DNA from: an uncultured Chloroflexia bacterium
GTDB taxonomy: Bacteria; Chloroflexota; Limnocylindria; Limnocylindrales; CSP1-4
Length of the DNA: 64,000 nucleotides
Direction of reading: 5' to 3'
NCBI GenBank assembly: GCA_963713975.1
Contig: OY970218.1
Location: forward strand, 2,048,001-2,112,000
Within the stretch, counting starts at the first letter, position 1, and the number at the start of each line of letters is the position of its first letter. Below are positions 1 through 9,373 of the stretch, piece by piece. The translations under genes and the position numbers were made by a program. The notes below the pieces were generated by a model, which saw nothing but the letters and a program-made list of their open reading frames with translations, searched no databases and was not told the origin of the DNA.

Positions 1-1
1 C

Positions 2-688
2 GATGGCTTCATCGCCCTCGGCACGCCTGGCAGGCACTTCGACGAGGCGCAATTCCGCAGCGACGTTGACCGGCTTGCCCGCCAGTACCTCGTGTACGGG
101 GCGGTGACGTCGGTCGGCGGGGCGATCTCGGGCTTCATGGGAGCGGTGTTCAACAACGGGCTGAGGCTTCACAGCAGCCTGACGCTGGCCATCAAGGCGA
201 CGGTCCAGGCCGAGGAGACGGCGATCGCGCTCTCGCCCAAGGTGGACCTGGCAGATGCCGCCATGACCGAGGCGCGGGCCGCCCTGCTGGAGTCCCTGGA
301 ACCGGACCGGGTCGCCCAGCAGGTGCAGCGCACGGCCGTCCGGGTGGGCAAGGAGCTCGCCCAGCGCGCCCCGTCACTGGAGAGCGCCGCCCTCAAGTGG
401 CTGGACCTGTTCAACAAGGGCAAGATCGTCGTGGAGGTCGACACGTCGCAGCTGACCGTCGCCATCGAGAAGGTGGGCGGTCTCGGCAAGCAGGCGACGA
501 CGGGCCTGATCGTGGTCGGCCAGCTCATCGGCACGGCAATCGCGATGATCATCCTGCTCCAGCCGGCGCTGAGCGACTTCGTCGGCCTGGCCTACGTGGC
601 GATGATCGCCTTCGGCGTGACGCTGGTCGTGAGCTTCGTCGTCCTGTTCCGGATGCTGTTCGGCTCGGACGCCGAACCATCGGACTGA
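2..688 (+). CDS. ABC1/UbiB (AarF) family kinase, C-terminal part (5' end outside window)
   Basis: Open frame from window edge. GLRLHSSLTLAIKATVQAEETAIALSPKVD resembles the ABC1 C-terminal segment and is followed by two C-terminal TM helices. Confidence 0.7.
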   Translation, partial: DGFIALGTPGRHFDEAQFRSDVDRLARQYLVYGAVTSVGGAISGFMGAVFNNGLRLHSSLTLAIKATVQAEETAIALSPKVDLADAAMTEARAALLESLEPDRVAQQVQRTAVRVGKELAQRAPSLESAALKWLDLFNKGKIVVEVDTSQLTVAIEKVGGLGKQATTGLIVVGQLIGTAIAMIILLQPALSDFVGLAYVAMIAFGVTLVVSFVVLFRMLFGSDAEPSD

Positions 689-717
689 GGGCGGCTACAC
701 GACCGCCGGCGACGCAG

Positions 718-752
718 GACCGCCGGGCCGGCAAGGTGCCGGCCCGGCGGTC
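718..752. terminator. GC-rich hairpin between convergent genes
   Basis: gaccgccgggccggca-agg-tgccggcccggcggtc, perfect 16-bp stem. Confidence 0.6.
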
Positions 753-799
753 GGGCGCTTGGTCGGGGATGTGCCCCGGCAGGGGCCGGGGTCGACGGG

Positions 800-1204
800 T
801 CAGCTCGCCGCGGGTGCGGTCAGGCCGAAGGCGTCCTTCACGTCACGGGAGTTGAGGTACAGGATGATGATGCCCGGGAGGATCATCATGCCCAGACCGA
901 GGCCACTGCCCGGGTACTGGATCATCCACAGGAATGCCTCGAAGACGGCCAGGCCGGCGACGACCATGGCCAGCATCCAGGCCCACGGCTGCATCGACCA
1001 CAGGCCGAACGCCGCGGCGAGCCACAGCACGCCGCCGATGATGGCGAGCCAGCCCCAGAGGCCGACGGACTCGAACGCGGGGACGTCACCAAGGATTCCG
1101 AACCAGTCGAAGCCGAGGAGCCGGAGGCCCAGGAACAGCCAGGCAAAGCCGGCCATTGCGGCAAAGAAGCCGATGACGGAGATCAGGACGGGCGGGTTCT
1201 TCAC
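800..1204 (-). CDS. Small 4-TM membrane protein of unknown function
   Basis: Four hydrophobic helices; GAGGGAG RBS before GTG. Confidence 0.8.
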   Translation of the reverse strand: MKNPPVLISVIGFFAAMAGFAWLFLGLRLLGFDWFGILGDVPAFESVGLWGWLAIIGGVLWLAAAFGLWSMQPWAWMLAMVVAGLAVFEAFLWMIQYPGSGLGLGMMILPGIIILYLNSRDVKDAFGLTAPAAS

Positions 1205-1267
1205 GGTAGTTGCTCCCTCAGGTTGTTGGAACGGATCCGCCGGCCTGGGCAGGCCGGCGGGGTTGGA

Positions 1268-1570
1268 TCAGAGCCCGAGGACCTTGGCCTTGGCGGCCGC
1301 GAACTCCTCGTCGCTCAGGACCCCGGACGTGTGCAGGGCGGCCAACTGGTTCAGCTGCGCCGTGTCGATCCCGGCCGCTGCCGGGGCTTCGGCGGGCGGT
1401 GCCTCGACGTAGACCACCTCGGGCTCGGCCGCGGCCTGCTCGGCCTGCTGCTGGGCGGCCTGGTTGGCGTACTTCTGGTCCTGGTGGTGGCGCACCGCCC
1501 CGGCGGTGCCTGCAACCACGGCAGTCGTGGCCGCCGCCCGCATGAGGGGCCGGCCGCGTCGTCGCATCAT
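1268..1570 (-). CDS. SHOCT domain protein
   Basis: C-terminal QLNQLAALHTSGVLSDEEFAAAKAKVL (SHOCT); N-terminal RAAATTAVVAGTA. Confidence 0.85.
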   Translation of the reverse strand: MMRRRGRPLMRAAATTAVVAGTAGAVRHHQDQKYANQAAQQQAEQAAAEPEVVYVEAPPAEAPAAAGIDTAQLNQLAALHTSGVLSDEEFAAAKAKVLGL

Positions 1571-1600
1571 CGTTCGCTCTCCTTGTGTGTTGCTGGCCGG

Positions 1601-2053
1601 TCAGGCACTGAGGGCGGCCACGGCCGCCATGTGGGCTTCGAGCTCCTCGCTGACCTCCTCGAGGATCTCCGGCGGGACGACCGCACGGGTCACGAGGAAG
1701 CCGCCGGCCGCCGTGAGGGCGTCCTTGATGTCCACGGCCCAGTGGTGCTCGAACAGCATGACCAGCCCCGAGGTGTTGGTCGGCAGCGCGTCCGCGATGC
1801 TCTCGAGATCCTCGGGGGTGAACAGGGCCATGCTGTCGCCGAGCAGCGTGGCGAACGATGCGAACCTCGGGTCATCCTTGGCGTCGAGCTCGAGGATGAC
1901 CTCCTCGCCGTCTGCGGACTTGCCGACGAACACGAGGTCGACGAGGCGGATGGTCTTGTTCTCGACCACCTTCTCGATCTCGCGGGCGATGCTGCCGTCG
2001 AAGTTGTTGCCATCAAAGCCGATGACGATGTACTCGAGCGGTCCGAGTGTCAC
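1601..2053 (-). CDS. DUF6325/DUF1269-like protein
   Basis: MTLGPLEYIVIGF...IRLVDLVFVGK...LVMLFEHHWA pattern; GGAGG RBS. Confidence 0.8.
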   Translation of the reverse strand: MTLGPLEYIVIGFDGNNFDGSIAREIEKVVENKTIRLVDLVFVGKSADGEEVILELDAKDDPRFASFATLLGDSMALFTPEDLESIADALPTNTSGLVMLFEHHWAVDIKDALTAAGGFLVTRAVVPPEILEEVSEELEAHMAAVAALSA

Positions 2054-2196
2054 TGGTGTCCTCCGTCTTGCGGTTGTCGAGCCTGGGTGTCTGCGTCCAT
2101 CCCGCCGCCTGCGCGCTCGGGCTCGCCGGGTTCGTGTCTAGTATCGCCGATCCGGAGCCACCTCCCCCACGTAATTGGCGACCACTTCCTGGCGGG

Positions 2197-5100
2197 CTAC
2201 CCGCCCGCGCCCGCGCCGATGCCGGCCTCGGCGGCGGCCTGGTGGAGTGCGGTCTCGTCGGCCAGCTTGGCGGGCTTCAGGTCGAAGATCACCTTCCGGA
2301 CGGTGCCGGTGAACGCGTACGGGGCCTTGCTCTTGTAGACGGAGTCCACCACGAGGCCGTTGTCCCGTCCCACGTCCATGCCCGCGTACGAGGAGAACGC
2401 GATCGGCACCGTCCGATCGATCCGTCCCTCGCCGATCCGCGTCCCGTTGGCGTAGAGGCCGACGGTGCCGCCCGTTCCGGGCCTGGGCTCGTCGGCGTCG
2501 AACTGCATCCGGACCGTGACGTCGCCGATCGGAAGCTTCTCCGTCGCGACCTGCCTGTACTGCTCCACGCCCAGCATCGAGTACGAGTGGTGGAGGAGGC
2601 CGTCGCCGTCGACCCACAGCGCGAATCCGCCGATCTCATCGGCGTTGGCGACGATCACGCCCTCCGCGCCACCTTCCGGCACGTGGAGGTCTCCCTCGAT
2701 GGCGTACGAGCGGCCGTAGATGCGCGGAACCATCCCGCGCTGCACGTTCTGCACGTCGCCGTAGAAGGTGAACCGCGTGGTGGTGGGGAGCGGCGGCAGG
2801 ATCCCGAAGAAGATCGACATCCCACCGAGGAGTGGGAGGACCCTGTTCCGTTCCGCCTCCGTCCAGAAGAGCTCCCTGAGCTCGGCCAGCTTCTCCGGCT
2901 TCTCCGCGGCGAGATCGTGTGCCTGCGTGAAGTCGTCCGGGAGGTAGTACAGCTCCCAGGTGTCCTTCTCGGGGTCGTAGATGCCCGGTGCGAGCGTGCG
3001 GATGGTGGCCGGCGAGAAGTCCCAGGGGATCCGGTCGAGCCTCGCGCAGGCCCACCAGCCATCCTTGTAGATGGCCCGGGAGCCCATGGATTCGAAGTAC
3101 TGGACGGTGTGGCGCTCCTCGGCCGCGGCGTCGTCGAAGGTGTGGAGGAAGCTGGTGCCGTCCATCGGCTCCTGGGCGATTCCATCGACGAAGGTCGCCT
3201 GCGGCAGGCCGATCGCCTCGAGGATGGTCGGACCGATGTCCGTGCAATGGGTGAACTGCGGGCGCAGACTGCCCGCGTCCTGGATGCGCTTGGGCCACGC
3301 GACGACCATCGGGTTGCGCGTGCCGCCGAGGTGGCTGCCGGTCTGCTTGCCCCACTGGAAGGGCGTGTTGCCAGCCCAGCCCCAGGCGGCAGCATAGTGG
3401 GGCGCGGTCTCGACGCCGCCCAGCGCTTCAATCCCGCCGTACTGCTCGATGAGCGCGAGCTGCTGCTCCGGGGTGAGCGGGATCCCGTTGAGGAAGGTGA
3501 GCTCGTTGAACGAGCCCGTGATCGTTCCCTCCATGCTGGCGCCGTTGTCGCCCCAGATGTACACGATCAGAGTGTTGTCGAGGTCGCCCATCTCCTCGAT
3601 CGAGTCGAGCAGGCGCCCGACGTTCCAGTCGGCGTTCTCCGAGTAGCCGGCGAATACCTCCATCTGGCGGACGTAGAGCTTCTTCTCGGTCTCGGACAGC
3701 GAGTCCCAGGCGGGGAACAGGTCCGGCCGCTGCGTGAGCTCGGCGTCCTGCGGGACGACGCCCAGCTCCTTCTGGCGTGCGAAGACCTGCTCGCGGTAGA
3801 CGTCCCAGCCGGCGTCGAACCGGCCCTTGTACTTGTCGGCCCACGTGCTGTCCACGTGGTGCGGGGCATGCGCGCAGCCGGTCGAGTAGTACAGGAACCA
3901 CGGCTTCACGGCGTCCTGGGCGCGGACGGCGTGGAGCCATTCGACGGCCTTGTCCGTGATGTCATCCGGGAAGTAGTACTGCGCGCCATCCTTGCCCTGT
4001 GGCACGCCGATCGTCCCGTTGTCCTGGGTGATGATCGGGTCGTACTGGCCCGCGGCCCCGGACAGGAAGCCCCACCAGTGGTCGAAGCCCCAGCCGCTCG
4101 GCCAGCGGTCGAACGGTCCGGCCGCGCCCTGCACGTTGTCCGGGGTCAGGTGCCACTTGCCGAACCCGCCCGTGACGTAGCCGTTGTCCCTCAGGATCCG
4201 CGGGAAGGGCGCGCAGGACTTGGGCACCGCCGCCGTGTAGCCCGGGAACGGCCCCGGGTATTCCGCGATCGAGCCAAACCCGACGCGGTGCTGGTTCCGA
4301 CCCGTCAGCGTGGCGGCGCGGGTCGGCGAGCAGATCGCGGTCACGTGGAAGCGGTTGTAGGTCAGGCCCATGTCGCGAACGCGGCTCATGGCCGGCGTGG
4401 CGATCGGACCGCCGAAGGTGTCGGGGTTCCCGAAGCCGGCGTCGTCGATCAGCACCAGGAGGACGTTCGGTGCGCCCTTGGGCGGTTGGGGCTGCATCAC
4501 CACCGTCCAGTCGGCGACAGACTCGCCCAGCGTGCGACCGGCCGTTCCGGCAAACCGGGGATCGGGCAGCGGCAGGACCGTCCGGTCCGGCGCGAACTTG
4601 CCCATCGCCTCGGCCAGGGAGTCCTTCAGCGCGGCCGTCCCCTTCTTGTCGGACTGCGCGATCGAACGGGCGAGGGCACCGGGGAGAGCCCGCTCGACGG
4701 CGAGGCGGTCCTCGTCGTCGAACATCGCGATGACGGCGGCCCGGCCCGGTGGCAGCGCCTCGCCGATCTTGTCGTGGATGCCTGACTGGACCTTGTGTCC
4801 GGCGAGCTTGCCAATTACCGCACCCGCAGCGGCGCCGACCACCGTCGCCGCGAGAAGCGGCGGCGCCGCAAGACCGACAAGGAACCCGACACCTCCACCC
4901 CATGCCAGGCCCTTGCGGCCGAGCTCGTCGCCGGTCTGCTGGACCGTCACCTCGCCGTCCATGTCGTGGGTGACGAGGATGGCGCCCTCGATCCGGACGG
5001 CCTTTGCCTTGACCTGCACGATCAGCGCGTCGAAGTCCTTCGTCGCCGTTTCAATGTCGCGGTACCCCGCGACGAGCACGTCCGTGAGCGCCTGGGTCAT
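2197..5100 (-). CDS. atsB: Cys-type arylsulfatase with N-terminal DUF1269-like domain (mycobacterial AtsB-like)
   Basis: PNVLLVLIDDAGFG, formylglycine motif CSPTRAATLTGR, GKWHL; start MTQALTD after GGAGG. Confidence 0.9.
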   Translation of the reverse strand: MTQALTDVLVAGYRDIETATKDFDALIVQVKAKAVRIEGAILVTHDMDGEVTVQQTGDELGRKGLAWGGGVGFLVGLAAPPLLAATVVGAAAGAVIGKLAGHKVQSGIHDKIGEALPPGRAAVIAMFDDEDRLAVERALPGALARSIAQSDKKGTAALKDSLAEAMGKFAPDRTVLPLPDPRFAGTAGRTLGESVADWTVVMQPQPPKGAPNVLLVLIDDAGFGNPDTFGGPIATPAMSRVRDMGLTYNRFHVTAICSPTRAATLTGRNQHRVGFGSIAEYPGPFPGYTAAVPKSCAPFPRILRDNGYVTGGFGKWHLTPDNVQGAAGPFDRWPSGWGFDHWWGFLSGAAGQYDPIITQDNGTIGVPQGKDGAQYYFPDDITDKAVEWLHAVRAQDAVKPWFLYYSTGCAHAPHHVDSTWADKYKGRFDAGWDVYREQVFARQKELGVVPQDAELTQRPDLFPAWDSLSETEKKLYVRQMEVFAGYSENADWNVGRLLDSIEEMGDLDNTLIVYIWGDNGASMEGTITGSFNELTFLNGIPLTPEQQLALIEQYGGIEALGGVETAPHYAAAWGWAGNTPFQWGKQTGSHLGGTRNPMVVAWPKRIQDAGSLRPQFTHCTDIGPTILEAIGLPQATFVDGIAQEPMDGTSFLHTFDDAAAEERHTVQYFESMGSRAIYKDGWWACARLDRIPWDFSPATIRTLAPGIYDPEKDTWELYYLPDDFTQAHDLAAEKPEKLAELRELFWTEAERNRVLPLLGGMSIFFGILPPLPTTTRFTFYGDVQNVQRGMVPRIYGRSYAIEGDLHVPEGGAEGVIVANADEIGGFALWVDGDGLLHHSYSMLGVEQYRQVATEKLPIGDVTVRMQFDADEPRPGTGGTVGLYANGTRIGEGRIDRTVPIAFSSYAGMDVGRDNGLVVDSVYKSKAPYAFTGTVRKVIFDLKPAKLADETALHQAAAEAGIGAGAGG

Positions 5101-5216
5101 CCGAGCTCCGTCCTCCGTCTGTCCTGCTCGCAGCTCCCGCGAGCGGGCCTGTGCCGACATCCTAGTAGTCAAGCGCTGATCATGCGCTCGTGCGTCACCC
5201 GCACGAGGTGATTGTC

Positions 5217-6491
5217 TCAACCGTGCCTTGCCCTGCGACCCCGCCTGCCCGGTGCCTGGAGCTCGGCGGCCTCCGGGATGGCCGGGTTGACGGCGGCGGC
5301 CCTCGAGAACCAGGTTGCGTAGCGCCGTGCTCCCCAGGCCGCCGACGCGCCGTGCGCAACGAGGCTGAGAACCACGGTCAGCAGGACGACGTCCGCGATG
5401 GCCGTCGCGCCGGGCACGGCCGCCTGTACGACGACGCTGGCAAACACGATCGATGCGAGCCCACGCGGGCCGAACCAGCCGATGTAGGCCACCGTGGGCA
5501 CCGCGAGGCCGGTGCGCAGGGTCGCGATTGCCACCGGGATCATCCGCACCACCGTGAGGCTGAGCGCCGCGTACAGCACGGTCTCCGGTGTCGCCCGCAC
5601 GAGCACGGGTATCAGCAACCCGGCCCCAAGGAGCAGGAACCCGACGGCGGCCAGCACATCGGCCAGCTGCTCGGGCAGGTGGAACGCGTCATCGTCCAGG
5701 TGGCCCCGGGCGACGGTGCCCGCACACAGGCCGGCCACCCAGACCGCGAGGAACCCGCTTGCCTCGAACCCGTCCGCGATCGAGAAGGTCGCGATCGCCA
5801 GCGAGGTCAGGGCGACGGACAGCCAGCGCTCGTCGATGAGTCCGCGCGCCGCGGCCGCCCGGATCGCCATGCCGCCGGCGAGTCCGGCCACGAGGCCGAT
5901 CACCGTCGAGCCCCCGAGCGCCACGACCAGCGTCTCGACGGCGTGGAGATCGGTCTCCATGCCGGAGCTCACCTGGCCGATGGCCAGCAGGATCGTGACG
6001 AACGGCAGCGCGAGCCCGTCGTTGAGGCCGCTCTCCACGTTCAGTGCGTTGCGCACGACGGCCGGCACCCTTGGATTGGCTACGACGGCCTGGCCCAGGG
6101 CCGCATCGGTCGGGGCGAGGATGACCCCGACGAGGGCGGCCTGCCAGAGTTGGATCCCGGGCACCAGCACGAGCGCCACGATCGTCCCGGCGACGATGGT
6201 GAGCGGCATGCCGATTCCCAGCAGGCGGCCCGAGAGGCTCGGCTCCCGCGTCCACCGCCGGATGTTCAGGCTCGAAGCGTCCGCGAACAGGACCATGACG
6301 AGGGCGGCCGTCAGCAGCGCGATGAACAGGTCATCCCACTCGGTGAACTCCACCAGTCCCAGCACGGGCCCGGCCAGGAGGCCGACCACCACGAAGAAGA
6401 TCGGCGCGGTGACCATCGTGGTCCCGAGCCGCCGCGACAGCACGGCGTAGCCCAGCACCGCCAGGGCGCCAAGCGTCAGGGGCGCGATCAC
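5217..6491 (-). CDS. Cation:proton antiporter (CPA1/NhaP family)
   Basis: LAPTDAA, ESGLNDG and WFGPRGLAS motifs; many TM helices. Confidence 0.9.
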   Translation of the reverse strand: MIAPLTLGALAVLGYAVLSRRLGTTMVTAPIFFVVVGLLAGPVLGLVEFTEWDDLFIALLTAALVMVLFADASSLNIRRWTREPSLSGRLLGIGMPLTIVAGTIVALVLVPGIQLWQAALVGVILAPTDAALGQAVVANPRVPAVVRNALNVESGLNDGLALPFVTILLAIGQVSSGMETDLHAVETLVVALGGSTVIGLVAGLAGGMAIRAAAARGLIDERWLSVALTSLAIATFSIADGFEASGFLAVWVAGLCAGTVARGHLDDDAFHLPEQLADVLAAVGFLLLGAGLLIPVLVRATPETVLYAALSLTVVRMIPVAIATLRTGLAVPTVAYIGWFGPRGLASIVFASVVVQAAVPGATAIADVVLLTVVLSLVAHGASAAWGARRYATWFSRAAAVNPAIPEAAELQAPGRRGRRARHG

Positions 6492-6512
6492 CTGGGACGC
6501 CCCACGCTCGGA

Positions 6513-7919
6513 TCAGGTTCCATGGCAGTGCTTGACCTTCCGCCCGCTCCCGCACGGGCACGGGTCGTTGCGACCGCACGTCGCCACGGCGGCGCGGATG
6601 CGCTCGTCCTTGGCGCGGTACCGGCCCATCAGCTGTGACGGCGGCAGGTCCCGCCGCAGCAGCTCGGACATCATGCGCATCGGCCGGTCCACGTGGCCGA
6701 AGAACGCCTTGTAGCCCGCGCACAGGTAGTTGAGTCCCGGCTCGCCGTCCGGCGTCCGGATGAAGCGGTCCTTGGGGCAACCGCCGTGGCACGCGAACCG
6801 GACGTCGCATGCCCGGCAGTACTCCGGCAGGGTGTCGAGCTTGTCCTGCCCGAAGCGGCGCTGCTGCTCTGACCCCACCAGCTCCGCCATCGGGGTCTCG
6901 TTGATGTTGCCCAGCCGGTAGGCCTCCTCCACGAAGTGGTCGCATGAGTAGAGGTCCCCGTTGTGCTCCAGGGCCAACGCGGTGCCGCAGGTCTCCGAGT
7001 GGATGCACAGCGTCGGCGGCTCCTCGTGCCAGCTCGCCAGCGCCACGTCGAACATCTGGACGAAGACGTCGCCGATGTCGCGTCGTACCCACTCCTCGAA
7101 CACGCCGACCAGGAACGACCCGTACTGCTCCGGGGTCACCGACCGGTGCGTGACGAGGTCCCCGGCCTGGCGGTAGAGGGGACGATCCCGCCACGAGGTC
7201 CACGGGGCCGGCCGGGACAGCCCGGGCGTCCGGGCGCGGCCCAGGTCCTCGAGTGGCACGTCGATGGCCGGACCCGGGAGGCGCTCGATGATCGGGATGA
7301 ACTGCATGAAGCGCGAGCCGCACTCGTCACGCAGGAAGCGGTACACCTCGACGGGATGGTCCGCATTGGCACGGTGCAGCGTGGTGAGCGTGTTGTACTC
7401 GACCCCGTGCGCTCGGAGCCGGTCCAGGCCCTGGCGGACGCGCTCGAACGTGGGCTTGCCGCCGCGGTCCACGCGGTAGGCGTCGTGCATCGCCGGCGGC
7501 CCGTCGATGCTGATGCCCACCAGGTAGTCGTGCTCCTTGAAGAACGCGGCCAGCTCGTCGTCGATCAGGGTCCCGTTCGTCTGGATCGTGTACTCGACGG
7601 TCATCCCTGGGCGCCGGTGCTTCTCCACGTAGCCGGTCGCCCGGCGGAAGAAGTCCACGCCCATCAGGGTGGGCTCGCCGCCCTGCCACGCGATGTTCAC
7701 GTGCGGCACGCGGTGCGCCTCGATCAGCTGGCGGATGTACTGCTCCAGCTGCTCGTCCGCCATCCGGAAGCGGCTGCCCGGGTAGAGCATCTCCTTGGAC
7801 AGGAAGAAGCAGTACTCGCAGTCCAGGTTGCAGGTGGCGCCCGTGGGCTTCGCCAGGAGGTGGAATGCAGGCGGTCCGGCGGTCTGCGCCGCGCCCTCCG
7901 GTTCCCGGGTGCCGATCAT
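6513..7919 (-). CDS. Anaerobic sulfatase maturase (radical SAM/SPASM) with C-terminal SEC-C motif
   Basis: KPTGATCNLDCEYC, WQGGEP, YSCDH, CRACDVRFACHGGCPKDR, GRNDPCPCGSGRKVKHCHG; start taken at ATG 7919. Confidence 0.92.
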   Translation of the reverse strand: MIGTREPEGAAQTAGPPAFHLLAKPTGATCNLDCEYCFFLSKEMLYPGSRFRMADEQLEQYIRQLIEAHRVPHVNIAWQGGEPTLMGVDFFRRATGYVEKHRRPGMTVEYTIQTNGTLIDDELAAFFKEHDYLVGISIDGPPAMHDAYRVDRGGKPTFERVRQGLDRLRAHGVEYNTLTTLHRANADHPVEVYRFLRDECGSRFMQFIPIIERLPGPAIDVPLEDLGRARTPGLSRPAPWTSWRDRPLYRQAGDLVTHRSVTPEQYGSFLVGVFEEWVRRDIGDVFVQMFDVALASWHEEPPTLCIHSETCGTALALEHNGDLYSCDHFVEEAYRLGNINETPMAELVGSEQQRRFGQDKLDTLPEYCRACDVRFACHGGCPKDRFIRTPDGEPGLNYLCAGYKAFFGHVDRPMRMMSELLRRDLPPSQLMGRYRAKDERIRAAVATCGRNDPCPCGSGRKVKHCHGT

Positions 7920-8052
7920 GCCCGCGCCCGGCCGGTCGACGCAGCGCGGGTCGTTGGCAGGTCTCGTGTCGCCAGGGCGTGGAGGGGACGTCCGGCTTCG
8001 TGCATCATCCAACTGTACGATGGCCTCGATGTCGCCCGGAGGAAGCAGGATC

Positions 8053-8790
8053 GTGAACCAGCCCGCCGCCGAGCGTGGCACGCCACCTGCTCCCAGCCAT
8101 CCGGATTCCACTTCGACCCCGGTGGTCGACGAGGCCGCCCAGCAGCTGCGGGCCCCGTGGGCCGCCAGCGTCGCCGGGATCCTGTTCGCGGTCCTCTACG
8201 GCGTGGCCATGGTGCTGATGCGAAGCTCCCCCCTGTCGACGGCCGACGACCAGGAGATCGTGCGCCTGTTTGCGGTGGGCGCCGACCAGTCGCTCCTGGT
8301 CGCGGGGCTCTACCTGGTGCCGTTCGCCGGCATCACGTTCCTGTGGTTCGTGGCCGTGATCCGGGACCAGCTCGGCGATCGCGAGGACCGCTTCTTCGCG
8401 ACCGTCTTCTTCGGCAGCGGCCTGCTGTTCATGGCCATGCTGTTCGCCGCCGGCGCCATCGCGAGCGCCCCGGCGGTAGGAGTCCGGTACCTTCGGCTGG
8501 ACGTGCCGGCAGCCGCGGAGATGGACGTGGTGCGGTCGGTGTCGTACACGCTGCTGTTCGTGTTCTCCACGCGCATGGCGGCCGTGTGCCTCATGTCCAT
8601 CGCGACCCTCGGCCTGCGCAGCCGGACGTTCCCGCGCTGGTTCGCCTTGACGGGCTACCTGATCGCCGCGGTGCTGCTGCTCGTGGTGAGCTTCTTTGAC
8701 TGGGTCGTCCTGCTCTTCCCGGCCTGGGTCGCCGTTGTCAGCGTGTTCATCCTCCGCCGGGAGCGGGCCCGGGCGCGGTCGTCATCCTGA
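8053..8790 (+). CDS. Multi-pass membrane protein of unknown function
   Basis: About 6 hydrophobic helices; start uncertain (GTG after AGGA). Confidence 0.75.
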   Translation: MNQPAAERGTPPAPSHPDSTSTPVVDEAAQQLRAPWAASVAGILFAVLYGVAMVLMRSSPLSTADDQEIVRLFAVGADQSLLVAGLYLVPFAGITFLWFVAVIRDQLGDREDRFFATVFFGSGLLFMAMLFAAGAIASAPAVGVRYLRLDVPAAAEMDVVRSVSYTLLFVFSTRMAAVCLMSIATLGLRSRTFPRWFALTGYLIAAVLLLVVSFFDWVVLLFPAWVAVVSVFILRRERARARSSS

Positions 8791-8947
8791 CCGGGGCGTG
8801 ACGTGCCGGGCCCTCGGGAACGGCTGATCGTGCCGATCCGGTGAAGCACGTCGACCGGCGTTCGGTACGATCAATCCCCCTCAATGGCCGGTTGGGACGT
8901 TCCCGACCGCAGAGGGATCCGAATCAACCTGAAGGGGTGAACCGCAC

Positions 8948-9307
8948 ATGACCTTGATCGAACTGCTCTGGTACATGTTCGTGCTGTACCTGTGGGTGAT
9001 GGTGATCTGGATCTTCATCTCCTGCTTCATGGACATCTTCCGCCGCGACGACATCCACGGCGGCATGAAGGCGGTGTGGATCTTCGTGCTGTTCGTCATC
9101 CCGCTGTTCGGCTGCCTGATCTACATCATCGCCCGGCCCAAGGTCACGGCCCAGGACGTGCAGATGATGACCCAGGCCCAGGCCGCAACGACCGCGGCGT
9201 CGCAGGTGTCCACGGCGGACGAGCTCGCCAAGCTCGCCCAGCTGCGCGACGCCGGCGCGATCACGATCCCCGAGTACGACTCCCTCAAGGCCAAGCTGCT
9301 GGCCTGA
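8948..9307 (+). CDS. PLDc_N-like membrane hairpin plus SHOCT domain protein
   Basis: DIFRRDDIHGGMKAVW...P.FG.LIY.IARP and ADELAKLAQLRDAGAITIPEYDSLKAKLL. Confidence 0.88.
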   Translation: MTLIELLWYMFVLYLWVMVIWIFISCFMDIFRRDDIHGGMKAVWIFVLFVIPLFGCLIYIIARPKVTAQDVQMMTQAQAATTAASQVSTADELAKLAQLRDAGAITIPEYDSLKAKLLA

Positions 9308-9330
9308 TCGCGAGCCCATCGCGATCCGCG

Positions 9331-9362
9331 AGGCCGGCCCCCGACCGGGGGCCGGCCTTTCT
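9331..9362 (+). terminator. Intrinsic terminator
   Basis: aggccggccccc-gacc-gggggccggcct followed by ttct, between convergent genes. Confidence 0.75.
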
Positions 9363-9373
9363 CGTGCCTGCGG

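Noticed and set aside
2047-4785. 912-aa + strand ORF, and similar long antisense ORFs (6963-8699, 12056-13636, 39767-41500, 47731-49146)
   Set aside because: Shadow frames of well-supported genes in high-GC DNA; no recognisable motifs.
2197-5100. DUF1269-sulfatase fusion as a novelty
   Set aside because: Same architecture as mycobacterial AtsB.
6513-6580. SEC-C tail on the maturase
   Set aside because: A common appendage in this family.
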